From contig NIVC01000023.1 in NCBI GenBank assembly GCA_002269645.1, positions 868,001 to 932,000 on the forward strand: a stretch of 64,000 bases of DNA, written 5' to 3'. The position numbers were made by a program, and so were the translations under genes. The stretch is from Macrostomum lignano (taxonomy: Eukaryota). The notes below the pieces were generated by a model. It had not been told where the DNA came from and made no database searches. It saw only the letters and a program-made list of their open reading frames with translations. Positions 59,601-64,000 of this stretch are shown here, piece by piece. The first letter of the stretch is position 1. Each line of letters begins with the position of its first letter.

Positions 59601-62600
59601 TGTAGAATAAAGACTGATTCAAAGACACTAATACCAACATTTCCCTACTTAAAATTTGTCACAGTCTGAAATACCCTTGTTTGTGAATCGGTTGGACTCA
59701 ACGCAATCTGTGCTACCGTATGAATATGACAAGTAAGTGCTTGCTCAGAATTCTCTGTCATCAATAGACCTCACTTGTTGTTGGAATTAACATTGAAAAC
59801 TATCTACACCAAAACTCCTCAGATTCGACTTCTGCCAAGCATCCAGCGGCTCCAGCCCAGTTGAAAACCTCGGCCAAGTTGTATTTGGTGAACGGATCCG
59901 CCCGAGTCCCTACAGCCTGCACTTCATGCAGGACATTGCCTGCAAGAAAATCTGCACTAAAACTTATACAAAAAATGACCCGGAAAAGTCTAAACAGTTT
60001 AAATTTCTTAAGCAGGGAGTTAAACTGAACTATCAGCACCATTGGATTGTTGACAATTTGCCTGTGACTTGGTGCTTCACCACCACTACTAATCAGCAGT
60101 ACTGTGCGCCAGGCTTTCCCATCGGTTGCTATGTTCCAGAAAAGGGACAGAGAATCGATCCTTGCTCGTATAACAGCAGGTAGTCTCGGAGTATAATTTA
60201 ATTATCTAAGTTTGAGCTGTAGCCTGTACGCTACTTAAAGCTAAGTTTTTAAGCTAACCAGATCCTCAGTTGCTGGCCCAGCCTCCCAGAGTGTCAGTTG
60301 CTGGGCTAGCCCGCAGATCCTCATTTGCTGGGCCAGCCTCCCAGATCCTCAGTTGCTGGGCCAGCCTCCCAGAATCTCAGTTGCTAGGCCAGCCTCCCAG
60401 ATCCTCAGTTGCTGAACCAGCCTCCCAGATCCTCAGTTGCTGAACTAGCCTCTCAGATCCTCAGTTGCTGAGCCAGCCTCCCAAATCCTCAGTTGCTGGG
60501 CCAGCCTCCCAGAATCTCAGTTGCTAGGCTAGCCTCCCAGATCCTCAGTTGCTGAATCAGCCTCCCAGATCCTCAGTTGCTGAATCAGCCTCCCAGATCC
60601 TCAGTTGCTGAACCAGCCTCCCAGATCCTCAGTTGCTAGGGCATCATTCGGCTTACCAATCTCGCTCATTCATTCATAATTTACTCAACACCGCAGGTAT
60701 TCAACGCGAAATTCGTTCTACCTCTTCAACCATGTCCATCTGCAAGTGACTTACCACGGCAGCCAGTCTGAGAAGTGGGGCTCAACGCTATCCGGCGAGG
60801 GCGGTCGTATAATTTCCGTGAAGGCGTCTCTTCGCAGTCTGAACCAGGTCAATAATGACGCTCCTACGTGCGATGAAGCTAACCTACCGCCTTTGATGCT
60901 GCCCATCGATGACTCGAACGAAGATCTCAACAGTATAAGCATAGTTTACACCTATTCGGTTAAATTTGTACGAGACGATTCGATTAAATGGAGCTCGCGC
61001 TGGGATTACATTTTGGACACGATGCCGCACTCGAATGTCCAATGGTTCAGCATTCTTAATAGCCTAGTAATTGTAGTATTCCTTAGCGGAATGGTTGCTA
61101 TGGTTTTGTTGCGCAATTTGCACAGGGACATTTCCCGCTACAATAGTCAGAGCGATCAGGTTAGTAGAAAGTATTTTTATTTTATTCTTATTTGTTTTAA
61201 AACGCCAAACAGGTGGAAATAAAAAAATAAACTATCTTGGCCGTTGGGGGTAAAAATGTAGAGGAGTGTATATTCATGCATTATGCTCTCAGTCAATGAA
61301 AATCAAGTCTAAAGGCTACAGGGGGGGCAAGAAAACTCTAGAAGAATGTACATTTAGGCTGTTAACCCATAAAAATCAAATTGTTGGGCTAGTAAATAGG
61401 GATAGAGAAACTAAAAAAGTGTACATTCATACCCTCAACCATACAAATCAAAGTGTCTAGGCTACAAAGAAACTCTAGAATAATGTACATTAATACTGTC
61501 AGCCAATAGAAATCAAGTGTCAAGGCTACCGGGGGGTGGGGTAAGAAAACTCTAGAAGAATGTTCATTTATGCTCTCAGCCAATAGAAATCACGTGTCAA
61601 GGCTACCGGGGGGTGGGGTAAGAAAACTCTAGAAGAATGTTCATTTATGCTCTCAGCCAATAGAAATCACGTGTCAAGGCTACAGGGGGGGGGGTAAGAA
61701 AACTCTAGAAGAATGTTCATTTATGCTCTCAGCCAATAGAAATCACGTTTCAATGCTACAGGGGGGGGGGTAAGAAAACTCTAGAAGAATGTTCATTTAT
61801 GCTCTCAGCCAATAGAAATCAAGTGTCAAGGCTACAGGGGGGTAAGAAAACTCTAGAAGAATGTATATTCATGCTCTCAGCCAATAAGAATGTTTTGAGA
61901 CCCCAAAGTTTCTTACCCTCAAAAAAGGAGGACGCCCAAGAGGAGTTCGGTTGGAAGCTGGTCCACGGCGACGTGTTTCGACCCCCTAGAAACGGCATGC
62001 TACTAAGCATATTCATTGGCAATGGCGTACAGATGCTGTGCATGACTCTAATCACGCTGACATTTGCCTGTCTCGGCTTTCTAAGCCCAGCCAATCGAGG
62101 CGCCCTAATGACTTGCGCCCTGGTGCTGTACGTCCTGCTTGGCGCACCGGCTGGTTTCGCTTCGGCTCGACTCTACAAACTATTCGGGGGTATTCATTGG
62201 AAACTGCACGTTTTGCTAACCGCCCTGCTGTGCCCCGGCCTGGTCTTTACAATCTTTTTGGTGCTCAATCTGGTACTGTGGGAGCAGGGCAGCTCAGCTG
62301 CGGTGCCATTCACTACTATTGTTGCTATGCTGGCTCTGTGGTTTGGCGTGTCCGTGCCGCTCTGCTTTCTCGGAGCTTATTTCGGTTTTAAACAGCCACC
62401 AATTAGTGTACCAGTGCGGACCAATCAGATTCCGAGGCAGGTGCCAGAACAGTCGTTCTATACTAGACCTCTGCCTGGCATTCTAATGGGCGGCATACTG
62501 CCGTTTGGCTGCATCTTTATCCAGCTATTCTTTATACTCAATTCCATTTGGGGACCCGATGTAAGTGTTAATATTTTTATTATGTCTTTTAGGCCTGGCT

Positions 62601-64000
62601 GTAAACTATTTAATGAGTGAAGAAAATCTAGTCAGAAGAAATCTTCAATTAGTCAGGAGAAATCTTCAATTAGTCAGGGGAAATCTTCAATTAGTCAGGA
62701 GAAATCTTCAATTAGTCAGGGGAAATCTCCAATTAGTCAGGAGAAATCTTCAATTAGTCAGGGGAAATCTTTAATTAGTCAGGGGAAATCTTCAATTAGT
62801 CAGGGGAAATCTTCAATTAGTCAGGGGAAATCTTCAATTAGTCAGGGGAAATCTTCAATTAGTCAGGGGAAATCTCCAATTAGTCAGGAGAAATCTTCAA
62901 TTAGTCAGGGGAAATCTTCAATTAGTCAGGAGAAATCTCCAATTAGTCAGGAGAAATCTCCAATTAGTCAGGAGAAATCTTTAATTTAGTCAGGAGAAAT
63001 CTTTAATTAGTCAGGGGAAATCTTCAATTAGTCAGGAGAAATCTCCAATTAGTCAGGGGAAATCTTTAATTAGTCATGAGAAATCTTTAATTAGTCATGA
63101 GAAATCTTTAATTAGTCAGGGGAAATCTTTAATTTAGTCAGGAGAAATCTTTAATTAGTCATGAGAAATCTTCAATTAGTCAGGGGAAATCTCCAATTAG
63201 TCAGGAGAAATCTTCAATTAGTCAGGGGAAATCTTCAATTAGTCAGGGGAAATCTTTAATTAGTCAGGGGAAATCTTTAATTAGTCAGGGGAAATCTTCA
63301 ATTAGTCAGGTGAAATCTTCAATTAGTCAGAAGAAATCTTCAATTAGTCAGGAGAAATCTTCAATTAGTCAGGGGAAATCTTCAATTAGTCAGGGGAAAT
63401 CTTTAATTAGTCAGGGGAAATCTTTAATTAGTCAGGGGAAATCTTTAATTAGTCAGGGGAAATCTCCAATTAGTCAGGAGAAATCTTCAATTAGTCAGGA
63501 GAAATCTTCAATTAGTCAGGAGAAATCTTCAATTAGTCAGAAGAAATCTTCAATTAGTCAGGAGAAATCTTCAATTAGTCAGGAGAAATCTTCAATTAGT
63601 CAGGAGAAATCTTCAATTAGTCAGGGGAAATCTCCAATTAGTCAGGGGAAATCTTCAATTAGTCATGAGAAATCTCCAATTAGTCAGGAGAAATCTTTAA
63701 TTTAGTCAGGAGAAATCTCCAATTAGCCGCAGTAGGCCTGGCCGGAAGCCATCAGCATCATGAGCATGATCCCAACAATGCCATCCAAACACAGGTGTAC
63801 TACATGTTCGGCTTCCTGTTCTTGGTGTTCCTCATCCTGTTAGTGACCTGCTCGGAGGCCACAATCCTGCTGTGCTATTTCCACCTGTGCACAGAGGACT
63901 ATAACTGGTGGTGGAGGGCTTTTCTTACCTCCGGCTGCACCGCTATGTACCTGCTCATCTATTCGGTGCATTATTTCTTTGCCAAAATGGAGATTGTTGG
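56678..64000 (+). CDS. TM9SF2: Transmembrane 9 superfamily member 2 (nonaspanin), 3'-partial
   Basis: Exons 56678-56797, 59665-59732, 59823-60179, 60697-61159, 61928-62560, 63795->64000, all GT-AG and frame-consistent. Motifs [84 protein letters not shown]. Confidence 0.97.
57282..57626. mobile_element. Second copy of the CATACATGC-TIR hAT-like element, in TM9SF2 intron 1
   Basis: TIRs CATACATGCCTAAC and GTTGTTCATGTATG; flanks TTCCTATA and TTTCTATA. Shares the purine-rich block and GCAAGAAAAGTCATATACAAAGT with 17793-18541. Confidence 0.85.
58010..58601. mobile_element. MITE with CCCTAT termini and perfect 8-bp TSD, containing a nested MITE
   Basis: CCCTATAGGAAAAATTTGTAAAACTGCGGACG versus the reverse complement of the right end CCCTATTGGAATAAATGTTAAAAACCCGCGGACG; TSD ACTATATT at 58002-09 and 58602-09. 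Confidence 0.88.
58209..58520. mobile_element. 312-bp hAT-like MITE (TIR TAGAGATGTTCCGAAA) nested in 58010-58601
   Basis: Perfect 16-bp TIRs; the TSD is degenerate (ATTAAGCT versus ATAATCCT). Confidence 0.8.
60258..60640. repeat. 28-bp minisatellite in TM9SF2 intron 3, same family as in ZFAND intron 2
   Basis: GATCCTCAGTTGCTGRRCCAGCCTCCCA units, including the GAGTGTCAG variant. Confidence 0.95.
61230..61890. repeat. ~77-bp minisatellite in TM9SF2 intron 4
   Basis: AAGAAAACTCTAGAAGAATGTTCATTTATGCTCTCAGCCAATAGAAATCA...GGGG recurs with period 77 (61543, 61620), more degenerate toward the 5' side. Confidence 0.9.
62618..63726. repeat. 21-bp minisatellite (GAAATCTYYAATTAGTCAGGR) in TM9SF2 intron 5
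   Basis: About 52 units seen directly. Confidence 0.98.

Noticed and set aside
61799-61927. ORF-track N-terminal extension of the TM9SF2 exon (MLSANRNQ...)
   Set aside because: Read-through into the 77-bp intronic repeat; homology begins at the acceptor at 61928.
2958-63726. CRISPR-like appearance of regular repeats
   Set aside because: Units are head-to-tail with no unique spacers, there are no cas genes, and the context is eukaryotic.

Overview
Eukaryotic (animal) genomic DNA, not prokaryotic. GC-rich coding exons, GT-AG introns and introns swollen by mini/microsatellites resemble a free-living flatworm such as Macrostomum (inference). Host genes: an intronless M28/GCPII-like peptidase (5' end outside the window), an intronless polyQ/polyA protein, a 4-exon A20+AN1 zinc-finger gene (ZFAND5/6-like), a 3-exon divergent BIR+UBA (IAP-like) gene, a ~7.5 kb membrane mucin gene with MUC13-like order (signal-PTS repeats-EGF-SEA-EGF-EGF-TM), an intronless single-CRD TNF-receptor-like gene, and TM9SF2 (3' end outside the window). 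Mobile DNA: an apparently complete 7.45 kb CACTA/EnSpm-type transposon with an intact Tnp2-like transposase ORF and a BEN-domain ORF, a 5'-truncated RTE-like LINE, and several often nested MITEs with target-site duplications. One MITE family (TIR CATACATGCGCAAC, 8-bp TSD) carries a 64-bp piece resembling 28S rRNA at the R2/I-PpoI target site. About 20 tandem arrays account for most long ORFs in the six-frame track. Gene models and alignments were made by eye, and no database searches were run.
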